From positions 70,539,018-70,603,017 of the forward strand of contig NC_057711.1 in the NCBI RefSeq assembly GCF_004010195.1: a stretch of DNA of 64,000 nt, given 5' to 3'. Below, one piece after another: positions 13,349 to 24,983 of the stretch. Source of the stretch: Chiloscyllium plagiosum. Lineage: Eukaryota. The notes under the pieces are model-generated. The model had not been told where the DNA came from. It did not search any database and saw nothing but the letters and a program-made list of their open reading frames with translations. How positions within the stretch are numbered: position 1 is the stretch's first letter; each line of letters opens with the position of its first letter. A program made the translations under genes and the position numbers.

Positions 13349-13350
13349 TT
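13190..13350. repeat. Polypyrimidine / (CT)n and C-run low-complexity tract
   Basis: About 160 bp almost exclusively C/T on +. Confidence 0.9.
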
Positions 13351-13616
13351 TGTCTTGTGTGTCTCCCTTTCTTTTGCTCCACGTTTGGCTGTCTAGTGCT
13401 CCATTTTGTTTAATCTGATTGTTAAAGTTCTTCTCTTTGATAGTACTTTTGGACTCTTTCTTCTGTATGACAGCCAGGGAGGGGGAAAAATGCATATCTG
13501 TGAAATGTTTTAAGATTTTGCTATTTTTGTGATGCGTATCTGTCTCAAATGAAAATTGATGTCTGTCAGAGTGACAGACTCACACTCTGACTAGAGTGTC
13601 TGCTTTCTGTTCTTAG

Positions 13617-13637
13617 CTAACCACACTTTTAAGGAAA
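13617..13637 (+). other. Candidate 21-nt alternative microexon A of the CK1-gamma gene
   Basis: Acceptor gtcTGCtttctgttcttAG, branch-point-like CTGAC at 13587-13591, donor AAA|GTAAGC. Phase 1/1 with no stop: (A)NHTFKE(S). No transcript evidence available. Confidence 0.4.
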
Positions 13638-13681
13638 GTAAGCTAGAAACATTCACAATGGCATTTCTTCCTATTGTGCAG

Positions 13682-13702
13682 GTGCACCAGGAAGAGCAAC
13701 GG
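13682..13702 (+). other. Candidate 21-nt alternative microexon B (GC donor) of the CK1-gamma gene
   Basis: Acceptor catttcttcctattgtgcAG and non-canonical donor CGG|GCAAGT. Phase 1/1 with no stop: (G)APGRAT(G). No transcript evidence available. Confidence 0.3.
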
Positions 13703-14001
13703 GCAAGTTCAAATTTGATTTTGCTCTTAATATTCTACAAGCATCCTCTCCATCTTTTCTGTGTAACTGTATTCGATTGATATTTTTACAAAACTTATTC
13801 ACACTTGACTTAATAAATTTTCTCGCAATATGTTATCCAGTGTTTCATAAATGCACCAATTAAAATGGATGTGGTTGTTTAGTAGCAGTATTAAAGAATG
13901 CAGAATTTTTGTATGGCAGAATAATTGTGCTTAAATTATTGCACTGTCAAAACACTGATAAAATATAAAATAAATCTAATTGTTTGCATTTTCTCTTCAA
14001 G

Positions 14002-14042
14002 GTAAAAACTTGTACACAAATGAATATGTGGCAATTAAACTG
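14002..14042 (+). CDS. CSNK1G3: Casein kinase I gamma internal coding exon (41 nt, phase 1 to phase 0), kinase subdomain II with the catalytic VAIK lysine
   Basis: Acceptor ttttctcttcaAG ends at 14001 and donor GTAAGT starts at 14043. Translates (G)KNLYTNEYVAIKL, the CK1-gamma sequence. The paralog assignment rests on the next exon. Confidence 0.93.
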
Positions 14043-14286
14043 GTAAGTCAGAAATTATTGTTGCTGTATTTAGTTGCTGTAGTGAATGATTTCATAGTAA
14101 ATCCTATTTAACTGTTGAATTTCCTTCAGTGAAGTGCAAGTAACACAAGTATTTGTGTAGTTAAGCTTAAAAGGTAAATGATCAAAACATTCAGCTTACA
14201 TTATTCAAGATGTCCACATTAAGTGTCAAATTAGCTTTTAGGAATGTTACTTGAATATTTATTCAGAATTGTTTGAATAGAAACAC

Positions 14287-14608
14287 TGAATCCCTATAAT
14301 GTGGAATCAGGCTATTTTTACCCATCCAGTCAGTACTGACCTGCCAAACAGCATACCACATAGACTCACCCCCCTACCCGATCCCTGTAACCCTACTTTT
14401 CCTATAGCCAATCCACCTAGTTTGCACATCCCAGGACACTATGGGCAACTTAGCATAGCCGATTCATCTAATGTACACGTCTTTGGATTGTGGGAGGAAA
14501 CCCACGCAGCCACGGAGAGAATGTACAAATGCCACACAGTGGGTTGCCTGAAGCTGGAATTGAACCTGGGTCCCTGGCACTGTGTGAGGCAGCAATGCTA
14601 ACTGCACT
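14287..14608 (-). mobile_element. HE1-type tRNA-derived V-SINE (5' tip displaced to ~15234-15257 by a Penelope-like insertion)
   Basis: Reverse B-box (ggaattgaacc), V-core (tttggattgtgggaggaaacccacgcag) and CR1-derived tail. Confidence 0.85.
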
Positions 14609-14624
14609 ACACATCTCGCACTCG

Positions 14625-14675
<51 letters not shown>

Positions 14676-15233
14676 GCGCATACACACTCCTGCAGACCCA
14701 TATACTCACGCAGACCCTCTCTCATACATACGCTCACACATACGCACCCTCTCACAGACCTCCCCCTGCCCCCAAACACATGAAGGCGCGCACACACACA
14801 TAAGTTTGTGGAAAGAATTTGTACTTGCAGAATTATATTTTATTTTGCTTAAAAATTGTATGAACACATGTAAGATTCTGTAAATCCCTTTTTTTAGAAA
14901 TAGAATCAGTCTGAACATTCAGGCACAGACAACCTCATGCAGGGCACCTCATACCTTCAATGCATTATCTGAGACAAAATGGCACCTATTAAAGTTCACT
15001 TGAGAATGTACTTTTTAAAAAAAAAAGTTGTGGGATTTACATATGAAAGAACTGAAACCAACATGCTCATTCTAAAAGATGCGAGACTTAATAAACAATC
15101 CAGGTCTTTTTCAATACCACCTGATGAAGGAGCAGCGCTCTGAAAGCTAGTGCTTCCAAATAAACCTGTTGGACAATAACCTGATGTTGTGTGATTTGTA
15201 CACCTCAGTCCAACACTGGCACCTCCAAATCAT
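14609..15233 (+). mobile_element. Penelope-like family 2 3' region with (CT)n/(CA)-rich microsatellite and hammerhead motif
   Basis: Ends in the same terminal repeat as 2494-2618. cacCTGATGAaggagcagcgctctGAAAgcTAgtg at 15118-15152. Confidence 0.7.
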
Positions 15234-15478
15234 AACTACTGAGTAACTGTGCTGTCCATTTTAATGGAAACATTTTGTGGCTGGGAAATTTTATCCTCTG
15301 TGTTTACTATCTGATTTTCTGGCACAGTTCCTGCAGGAAGAAATGCTGGATTTGCCTTCCTGCTGATGTTTCATAAATGCCTGAAGAACAAGAGGATAGT
15401 TAGAGCAAGTGTAGGGCCAGTTCGAAGCCTGGATAACTTGTATTCTGGGCTGCTAACAGAAAAAAGGGAAGAAATTGT

Positions 15479-15800
15479 GAATCATAGAATCCCTACAGTG
15501 TGGAAACAGGCCATTTAGTCCAACAAGTCTACGCCAACCCTCCGAGTATCCCACCCAGACCCATTCCCCTAACCTATTACTCTACATTTACCTCTGACTA
15601 ATGCACCTAACCTACACATCCCTGAACACTGTGGGCAATTTATCATGGCCGATCACTTAACCAACACATCTTTGGACTGTGGGAGGAAATCAACGCAGAC
15701 ATGGAGAATGTGCAAACTCCACACAGTCACCCGGGGCTAGAATCGAACCCAGGTCCTGGTGCTGTGAGGCAGCAGTGCTAACCACTGAGCTACCATGCTG
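15479..15800 (-). mobile_element. HE1-type V-SINE, near full length
   Basis: tRNA head in reverse (gctaaccactgagctacc; aatcgaaccc), V-core and tail atcatagaatccctacagtg. Confidence 0.9.
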
Positions 15801-17003
15801 ACGACTTACTTCACAGTCATGTCTTCATAATGTTTGGATTTGATTTTTTTTGTGCTATTTATTTACTGTTGATGTTGATCGTTTATAGTAAGCATAGTGT
15901 GGGCACTGCACATACATAAAAATGCTGAACTGATGCTTCATGTTGCTGCAAACCATGAGTTAACTGCAAACTCTCTTCATTAAAACCTTTTTCCAATGTC
16001 TCGTCTCCTCCCCTCCCCCTCTGCCTCCATTAACAAACACAATACATATTAGTGAACTGTTCTTTTTGTGGTCAGCCTTAAAGTATTTACTCTGCCTGTG
16101 TGAAATATTATACGTGGTAATAGACACATTCAGTTCATGATTTTAGAGATTGACAATATGTCAAATTTTTAGAATGTGTGCAATAAGCAAAGGAAAATTT
16201 TTGCTTAGTTGTGCACATTTATGAAATTGTTACTTTTTTGATAACTTTATAAGAACCTCTTTATAAACACTACATCAAGTGCAGTAATGTGATCGAGTGA
16301 ATGCAGAGCCCAATTCTAATGGGATTGCTGGCATGGTGTGGATTTTCAAAAATCAGCCACATAGGCTGAATAAAAATGTATAAAATTCAAATCTGTAGTT
16401 CAATATTGTGTGCAAGCTGGACCTCTTACTGGGGTAAGAGTACTGATCAACACTGATTTATACAAAGCGAATGACAATGACGTAGCAGCTAACTACTCTT
16501 TTTCAATATGAGAGTCTCTAATTCCTGTTGGCCCTCAATTATAGATACAACACTGAAGTTATGGAGGATCTGCTGTGCCGAAATGTGCATCCTGAATACA
16601 CTCGTCAATTTGATTAACACATGGTCTTTTTCTAAAAATAAAAATAATGTCATGAGATTTTTTGAGTTTTGTAACACCATGTGTAATATCTAGATAACTG
16701 CAAGTAAGAGAAAACCCCCGTTCAATTTATCATAGTGTTATTAGTATTAAGATAAGGATTAGCAGGGAAATTTAAACAATCTGTGTACAGACTTATCTAC
16801 ATTGATGTTGAACTTAACAGCAATTACTGAACCACCTTTCATGTAGTAAAATGTCCCAGTGCTCTAGTTATTTTATAGGTCACTGCATTTTTTCTGTGAA
16901 ATACAGTGAATAATTGGTGTAACAAAATGTAATACAAATACTGGCATTATCCGCAGGTTTACCTTCTGGCATGCTTAACCTAACATTTTACTTTCACATT
17001 TAG

Positions 17004-17073
17004 GAACCTATGAAGTCCAGAGCACCACAACTTCACTTGGAATATAGGTTCTACAAACAATTGGGATCTGGAG
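17004..17073 (+). CDS. CSNK1G3: Casein kinase I gamma internal coding exon (70 nt, phase 0 to phase 1)
   Basis: Acceptor ctttcacatttAG and donor GTAAAT at 17074. Translates EPMKSRAPQLHLEYRFYKQLGSG, in frame with the 41-nt exon. EPMK...QLGSG matches my recollection of human CSNK1G3 rather than G1 (EPIK..GSAG) or G2 (EPIK..SAT). Family certain, paralog likely. Confidence 0.93.
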
Positions 17074-17725
17074 GTAAATGCAGATATTTGATTTTCACAC
17101 AATATTTCTTATTGGTTGGTGAGTATTCAAGACGAGCATTTGACATCTTGCTTTTTGAAAAGTGCGCTAACTTTTGGATGTGTGATTTTGATAGAAACAA
17201 TTAACAATTTGTTTTTATTTTAATTATGTTTGAAGAGCAGCAACTTTGTAGAGTCCAAATTTTAATACTTTTTGAAACAAACACCAGTTAATATGGAAGT
17301 TATTAAAGCTTTTGTACAAGTGTGATCATATTGTTTGGTCTGCTGAAATGTTGCGATTTGGTTTGATCATGTTGGAAAATACTTCAAACAATGGATATAA
17401 TATGGAAATGTATTTTGTCTATGTGAGTTTTATTGACCAGTGTGACTTGCCCACTATGTACGTTGTTTGATTTCCATGATCAAAATGTTCTGACACTAAC
17501 TCAACCTGAAAGTGGGCAATAAGAATTATTTCAAGAGAATCTCTGCATGATACCATTTGTCTACCACTTGATTTAACTTAATTGTTTGCTTTAATTTTCA
17601 TCTCCTTGACTCCTTGTGAATGGCCAGCCTGGATCATATCCTTTTGAAAAGTGTCAATTTGATAATTTCTTAGTTGCAGCTTTTTTGAAGCAAAGTGCAA
17701 TTTTAATTAATTGATAAAAGTACTT

Positions 17726-18800
17726 AGAATCGTAGAGATGTACAGCATGGAAACAGACCCTTCGGGTCAACCCATCCATGCCGACCAGATATCCCAACCC
17801 AATCTAGTCCCATCTGCCAGCACCCAGCCCATATCCCTCCAAACCCTTCCTATTCATGTACCCATCCAAATGCCTCTTAAATGTTTCAATTGTGCCAGCC
17901 TCCACCACTTCCTCTGGCAGCTCATTCCATACATGTACCACCCTCTGTGTGAAAAGGTTGCCCCTTAGGTTTTTTTTTTGTCTTTCCCTTCTCACCCTAA
18001 ACCTATACCCTCTCGTTCTGGACTCCCCAACCCCAGGGAAAAGACTTTGTCTATTTATCCTATCCATGCTCCTCATAATTTTGCAAACCGCTATAAGGTC
18101 ACCCCTCAGCCTCTGACGCTCCGGGGAAAACAGCCCCAGCCTGTTCAGCCTCTCCCCATAGCTCAGATCCTGCAACCCTGGCAACATCCTTGTAAATCTT
18201 TTCTGAAAACTTTCAAGTTTTCACAACATCATTCCGATAGGAAGGAGACTAGAATTGCATGCAATATTCCAACAGTGGCCGAACCAATGTCCTGTACAGC
18301 TGCAACATGACCACACAACTCCTGTACTCAATACTCTGACCAATAAAGGAAAGCATACCAAATGCCTTCTTCACTATCCTATCTACCTGCGACTCCACTT
18401 TCAAGGAGCTATGAACCTGCACTCCAAGGTCTCTTTGTTCAGCAACACTCCCTAGGACCTTACCATTAAGTGTACAAGTCCTGCTAAGGTTTGCTTCATC
18501 CAAATCATTTATGTAAATGACAAAAAGTAGAGGACCCAGCACCGGTCTTTGTGGCACTCCAGTGGTCACAGGTCTCCAGTCTGAAAAACAACCTTCCACC
18601 ACCATCCTCTGTCTTCTACCTTTGAGCCAGTTCTGTATCCAAATGGCTAGTTCTCCATTTATTCCATGGGGAACCTTGTTGCACGCCTTACTGAAGTCCA
18701 TATAGATCACATCTACCGCTCTGCCCTCATCAATCCTCTTTGTTACTTGTTCAAAAAACTCAATCAAGTTTGTGAGACATGATTTCCCATGGACAAAGCC
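17726..18800 (-). mobile_element. HER1/CR1 LINE, RT region to 3' end, with internal deletions
   Basis: Minus ORFs with GFVHGKSCLTNLIEFF, VDVIYMDFSKA and [21 protein letters not shown] fused directly to ANLSRT (FADD segment deleted). Possible TSD tactt at 17721 and 18801. Confidence 0.92.
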
Positions 18801-19759
18801 TACTTTGAAGTGAATAAAGCAGATATGCCAATTGCCACATTCAAACATGTTGAGATTTTGGAGTCTCATTTAACCTCATTTGGAAAATGATGAGCTACTG
18901 TGAAATGTTAGGATTTTTCTGATGTGAAGTTTGCCCAGGAAGTTTGTTAATCTGCAACTCCCACGCTACCCCGGCAAAAAAAACCAAAAGACTCCACTTG
19001 AGGACTTTTTAAAAAAATATTCCAGGGACTACTTTTTGGTTTTCAGTGGCTTCTTTTCCATTTTCACTTAGCAGTCATGTAATAACAGTAATACCTTCTG
19101 CTTTGTGTTGACATATGGGACAATTCACCTCCTTTATTTTTCCCTATTTTTCAAATTCCTCCATGCTACTTCGCTAATGGTAACTGCTTCGTGCTTTTCT
19201 ACATTTTTTCGCTTTCTTTCCATCTCCACATTGACAATATCATTTAGGATCTTGTGCATCTCAATAAAGTCATCCCTCACTGTTCATAATTCCAGTCAAA
19301 CCTATCCTCAAAAAGACAAGGCAACCAACTCATTCCATGTATCAGTCTAGTAACTCATCTGAGTTGCCTGCAACAGATTTATATCCTTCCTTATTTTTTG
19401 AGACGAAATTTGTACCCCAGTATTTGGTTTCACCAGTGCCTGGATAGCTGAAGGATCATAGTTTTCTATTCCTTTTGTAATAAAGGATAGCTTCCCAATA
19501 GCTATCATGGTTATGTACTGTGCCTGAATACTAACATTTTAAGACTTGTGCTATAGAAATTTAAATCCCTCTGCACAGTGGATTCCAATTTGAAGCCGTA
19601 AATTATTAAACTACTTTATATCGAGGCTTATGAGGACAATGCAAGGAGAGTGGCTTTGAGAAACATGGCAGCAATGATTGTATGGTGGATCTGACTTTAT
19701 GGGCTGAATGGTCTAATTCTGCTCCTGTATTTTATGGTCACTCCTTATGGTAATTTGAA

Positions 19760-20162
19760 GGGCAACGTGCAGGTGGTGATATTTCTACACATTTGATGCC
19801 CTTGTCCTGCTACGTGGGAGATGTCATGGGTTTGGAAATACTGTTGAGGCAGTCTCATTGTGTTGATGTAGTGCCACCTTGTTAGTGGTCCAAAGTGTTA
19901 CTACTGAGTATGGTGTTGTAGGGAAGGAATTGAATGTTAACGTTTGTTGAATGCAGTGCTAATCAAGTGGGTTGCTTTATCCTAAATTGTGTCAAGCTTC
20001 TTGAGTTGTTGGAGCTTCACTCATCCAGGTAAGTGGGGAGTATTCCACAATTCACAAGGCACATTGAGGAGACAGGAGATGATTTACTCACTGCAGAGTT
20101 CCTAGCTTCTGACCTGTTCTTGTAGCTGCTCTATTCATATGGCTTGTCCAGTTCAATTTCTA
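19760..20162 (-). mobile_element. Old CR1/L2-type LINE 3' fragment
   Basis: Reverse-complement overlap with the 8390-8752 family. Confidence 0.5.
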
Positions 20163-21024
20163 TGACATATAGTGTTACACAATTTATTGCAATTATATAG
20201 GATAGGCTGAGTGGGCACGAAGCTCTTCACCTTTTGTGTTATTGTTATAATGTTGCATCTACTGTATTTTTGATACATTATTGCATTAAGTTGAGACGCC
20301 TGGATTAGATCTCTGTTTATAAGGTGGTGGCTCTTTCAGCCAATGTGACTAGTGAGAGCGTAGATCCTTGTATGAAAGTTATGATTTTCAAAATTTCTTT
20401 GTAAAGGTTTTCAGATGCTGCACTATAGATTTTGTAAAGAACTGTGGTCAGTTTAAATGCTACCATGTTTTTTTAAAAAAGGTTGTTCCTCTGTACTGGT
20501 TTATTTTTGAAAAAGAATGGCAACCTTTTTAAATGAAAACTCTGAATTTTACGAGTTTGGCTTGGGATTTACAAGCCAGGTTTTGGCAGTTCCATATAGG
20601 CCTGAATCTTCAGCAATGGTGAGTGGATTGTCTGTAAGACCCACCCCTACACACACGCACACATGCACGCCCAGTACTTGGCACTGCAACACATTTCTCA
20701 TGGGATCCTCTGTTACTAGCTGTTCAAGAAATGGTCAAGCACAGTACTGTTTAAGGAAGATTAGGGGATATGCCTTTCAACAATTCCTTGTCCATTAGAT
20801 CTGTCTGAAGTCTCAGACACTAGCTCAATACTAGGAGCTTCTGTGCCCATTAATCAATTGGGTACCTTTTTGACTTGCTAACACTCAAGGACCTCTGTCC
20901 ATTGACAGCCTCTTCATAGCATTGATTTCCTATCAGCCCAACTACCTGCCTTACAGGAAGACAAGAAAGATCGCCAGTTTCCTGACTGATGACCTGCCGG
21001 TGAAGTTGGAACTCTTTTTACCTC

Positions 21025-21255
21025 GGTAAAAACAATGACTGCAGATGCTGGAAACCAGAGTTTAGATTAGAGTGGTGCTGGAAAAGCACAGCAGTTCAGG
21101 CAGCATCCGAGGAGCAGTAAAATCATTTCTAGCAAAAGCCCTTCATCAGGAATACAGGCAGAGTGCCTGAAGGGTGGAGAGATAAATGAGAGGAGGGTGG
21201 GGGTGGGGAGAAAGTAGCATAGAGTACAATAGGTGAGTAGGGAAGGGGATGAAAC
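21025..21255 (-). mobile_element. Penelope-like (Neptune-type) pseudo-LTR, 5'-truncated
   Basis: TSD actctttttacctc at 21011-21024 and 21256-21269. Same subfamily as 57772-58307. Confidence 0.85.
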
Positions 21256-23429
21256 ACTCTTTTTACCTCAAACTGGGCAGGCAACTGGGTGGCTGGTGAA
21301 AGCCATTCCTCCACCCTTACCACTTACCTGCACCTCCTGGCAAGACCTGGAAATAAAAGACACTCTTCATGCTATTGAAAGCCTCAACCCTGTCATGATT
21401 TCTGGGATGCAGAAGATGCCAGCCTGTTTCTGTGGAGTGTTGACGTTCAAATCCACAATTCTACAAAAGGTTCGTCAGCCAACTCTTTAGTTAATGGGCA
21501 TTTGATCTAAGCAAGCTTTCACAGTTGTAGGATGGAGAGTCAGTCACCACAGATCATTCCCCCCACATCCCCACCCAAATCCCTCTGCACTTGGGCTGCA
21601 AAATCTTGGCATAAGACATAGCAAGTGCAACACATGTAGGACTTGGAAAGAAGAGGCAAGAGGTGGAGGAAGAAAGAGATTATTTCTTTCTCTTTTCATT
21701 TCATTTTCAGTGCCACTAGAATTAGTATGGCTATGTTCTAAGCATTGACATTATGTACAGATCAAACTGGAAATAACTATGAATTAGTGCAGAGAAAATC
21801 TGAAAATAGGAAGTGACTGATAACAGTTTGAAAATTGTGGAGGTCAGCACACAATTTTTTGCTACAAATTCAACTACATTGTAAAATGTAGGATTTCACT
21901 GTTTTATTTTAAGACTAAGCTCTTTTAGGAGATTTATTATTCCTGCTTAAATAGATCTAGTTTTGTCCAAAGGTTGGCTATTTGGATTGTGTTTGCCTCG
22001 AGTTGAAAATGGTTGCAGCAGTGTTGTCAACTTCGTAAACTTGAACAATCTTTATTTATTCGGGTGAATTATACCACCATATTCCAGCTTCATTAATTGC
22101 TTACAAACAAATGTGATAGTGGAATATTTGCACAGAACGATTAACTTTGTATAACCAATGATGCAATAGAAATTGTGTATAGTTAATACTTGAAGCAATA
22201 GTCATCATGAACTAAAGAATTTTTCTTAAAGTCCAAAGAGGAACTGTTAACTGGAAGCTTTTACCTTAATAAACCAACATGGATTTTTTTCCTTGTTTGG
22301 GGAAAAATGTTTGAAAATACTACTTAATAGAACTCCACAAATTAGTATCTTGGAGTTTTCTTGAAATTTCTACCATTGCTAAATAAAAAAAACAAACACT
22401 TTTTTTAATCAAAGAAGTAATGAACTTCCCTTCAGCAGCTTTATTCGTGAAAGCAAATATTTTTGCTGATAAATGATGACTCTGATTGTCCTAACTGCAC
22501 ACCAGGCTTTCCCATCTTCTAATGAAATTTCAAAAAAGTTGACACTGGTTCTTACAGTTGATTTAGCTATTCTATCCAGTCAGTGTTGGTTATGTTTCTG
22601 TATTTTTGCAGGTACAAAAATCTAATTAGGTTATAAATATTCAGCTTATGTGTGGAAGAGAGAAGATAGCCCATTAGACTGAGCGAGTATCTGAAGTGAG
22701 ACTGCTTCTTTTGTGATGTGAGAAATGTCTTGGAATAAAACACATTTCATAAGTTTCAAGTTATTACTCATGCATTAATTCGTAAATCCAAACAATTACC
22801 CAAAATGTTGATTTATTCTTGTGGTTCACTGCTATGGATATGTTGGTAAAGTTCCCAATATGTGGGGCTTTTTGTACACTAATATTCCACCAGAAGTGTG
22901 AAACCGACTCCTTGGAATCGAGATGTGTGAGCGAGACCGGCAGAATCTTCTTCAGTTTTGAATCCCTTGTGATCTTATGGCTTTAGGTCAAATGGAATTT
23001 CAAGAAACCTGTGCTGATTTACCACCTGCTAGCCACCCACCCCGCCACCTCCCCCAAGTCAGCCTCCTGTCTATATTCCTCCGAGAAATCACTGAGGGAA
23101 GCAGGGCACAGAATGTACTTTGTGTGGGAGACTTTGATTATCACCACCAAGAGTGACCTACACAAAGTACATTCTGTGCCCATGGGAGTTGTGGCACACC
23201 TTGATTTGAGCCCCAGCAGATATGAGGAAGTCCTCAAGATTCTGTAAAATATCAGGGAACAATTGGTGGATATAAAAGTAGAACAGAGTGTTCCGTTGAG
23301 AATTTCTGGTTTACAGTATGTGTTGATGGAATACAGTGCCATCTTAGGAGCACTTGCTTTGTTCAGCTTTTGTATAGTGGATGTTATTTTTTAAAAGCAA
23401 AGTACTGTCGATATGAGAAATCTGAAAAA

Positions 23430-23657
23430 CAGTCGCCCCCCCCCCCCGTACCCACAAGGCATACATTCTAAGACCTACCGCGGAAGCCTGAAACCGCAGA
23501 TAGTAGCAAACTCATCCATTTTAAATGGAAAATTTACCTTCCCAGCAGCTGCCTGGTCCCTGGTTCTGGAAGGTTCCCTGTAATATGTTTGGACCGTGAT
23601 AAACCATGTGAAACTGAAACCACAGTAACCGGACTGGCGGATATGGCGGTTGCCCTG
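23430..23657. mobile_element. Tc1/mariner (Tigger-like) MITE nested in an older Penelope-type terminal repeat (~23395-23830)
   Basis: CAG...CTG ends with imperfect TIRs (cagtcgcccc..cgtaccc / ggatatggcggttgccctg) and TA on the right flank. The host repeat is split at tctgaaaa|caaatggaaagtgatggagaaactc. Confidence 0.55.
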
Positions 23658-24463
23658 TACAAATGGAAAGTGATGGAGAAACTCAAGTCTGGCAGCATGT
23701 GTGGAGAGGGAAAGAAACTTAAAGTTCAAGTCCAATATGATTCTTTTTTGGAACTACATTTAACTGGTTCTCATTCCACAGAGGCTGCCAATTCTGCAGA
23801 GTTTCTCCAGCCTTTTCTGTTTTTATTATTGATCTAAAATTTTAAATCTTGTATTATTCTTCCAGTTAATGATCTGGGTGTTTCAATTTCTTTTAGCAAA
23901 AGTTGTCAGATCTTTATTGATATCATAACATTTTAAATGATATAAAGAAAGTGCTGATTGTTTGGTGACTTTCTAGCTCTAATTCCTCGGGCTATTACAG
24001 CAGAGCTAGAAAACTCGATACTCCCAGCCAGTCTGTCCCTGTAGAATTGTGACACTGACACAATTCGGTCATATCAACTTTGCCCAGTTATATTTGATCC
24101 ACAGAAAATTGGGTAAATCTAATGTAATTACCAACCTGTTGATCTCCTTGCAGTTATCATTAAAATGGTGGAAGGAGTCTTGGTGTGCATCTATCCATCA
24201 ATAGCCCGTTCACTAATGCTTCAATTAGGTTGTCACTTGACACCAGGCATCACAGCTTTGATTTAGACACGATGTAGAGGCAGAATGCCATGCAAGTGTC
24301 AGATGTATCTTACAGGAAGGCAGCATTCATCTGAGAATAGCACCAAGAAGCTTGAAAAATGGTTAATGGGTATAGGAAAAATGCTCCAGTGTGTGACATA
24401 AGCTTACACCATAAGACAATAGGAAAGTATCTTGCTTGTTCAAAGTCCACTTCATTGTAGGCA

Positions 24464-24566
24464 GCTTTGACAAAGGGTCAGTTAGACTCGAAACGTCAGC
24501 TCTTTGCTCTCCTTGCAGATGCTGCCAGACCTCCTGAGATTTTCCAGCATTTTCTCTTTTGGTTCC
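24464..24566 (+). mobile_element. Penelope-type terminal repeat, further subfamily, decayed hammerhead core
   Basis: tTGACAAagggtcagttagactcGAAACGTCagc followed by cagatgctgccagacc..tttccagca. Related pieces at ~12826-12935, 45670-45765 and 59925-60000. Confidence 0.55.
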
Positions 24567-24983
24567 ACTTTATTGTAGCATCAAGATCTCGCGGCAGTGT
24601 TTTCTCAGGGAAAACTTTCTTGGCCTAGCCTCCTTTTTGCTGCTTCCCAATTTCTGTTTTTTTCCATTGTAATGTCAGAAAAGGATCTATTTGATGATAT
24701 ATATGTTTCAAATATTGTTCACAATTTTTCTAGTGATTGTGTAAGAGGTCTTAAATAATATTGAAGCTTGGACTGACAGGGATCATGATTGCATCTGTAT
24801 CACAGGTACTATGAATAACATTTTGAGCAACAAAATAAAGCCTTGTTCCCCTGATTGTGGTGACAATACCATTGCTAATTTTCACCAGAAATATCATGGA
24901 GGCTATTGTTAACAAGGAGCTTGACGAGAGCAGTCATAACATTACCTTGATTACAAGAGCAGGGAAGATACAGGATAATGTGA

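Noticed and set aside
13011..13495. Leu/Ser/Pro-rich and Glu/Arg-repeat ORFs (also 14464-14797)
   Set aside because: Translations of (CT)n/(GA)n microsatellites.
17010..17204. 64-aa ORF MKSRAPQL... as a standalone gene
   Set aside because: Homology stops at the GT donor at 17074; the remainder is intron read-through.
20598..21612. Possible MITE with ggcctgaatcttcagc / gctgcaaaatcttggc ends
   Set aside because: Terminal repeats are too degenerate and there is no TSD, so it cannot be supported without a repeat library.
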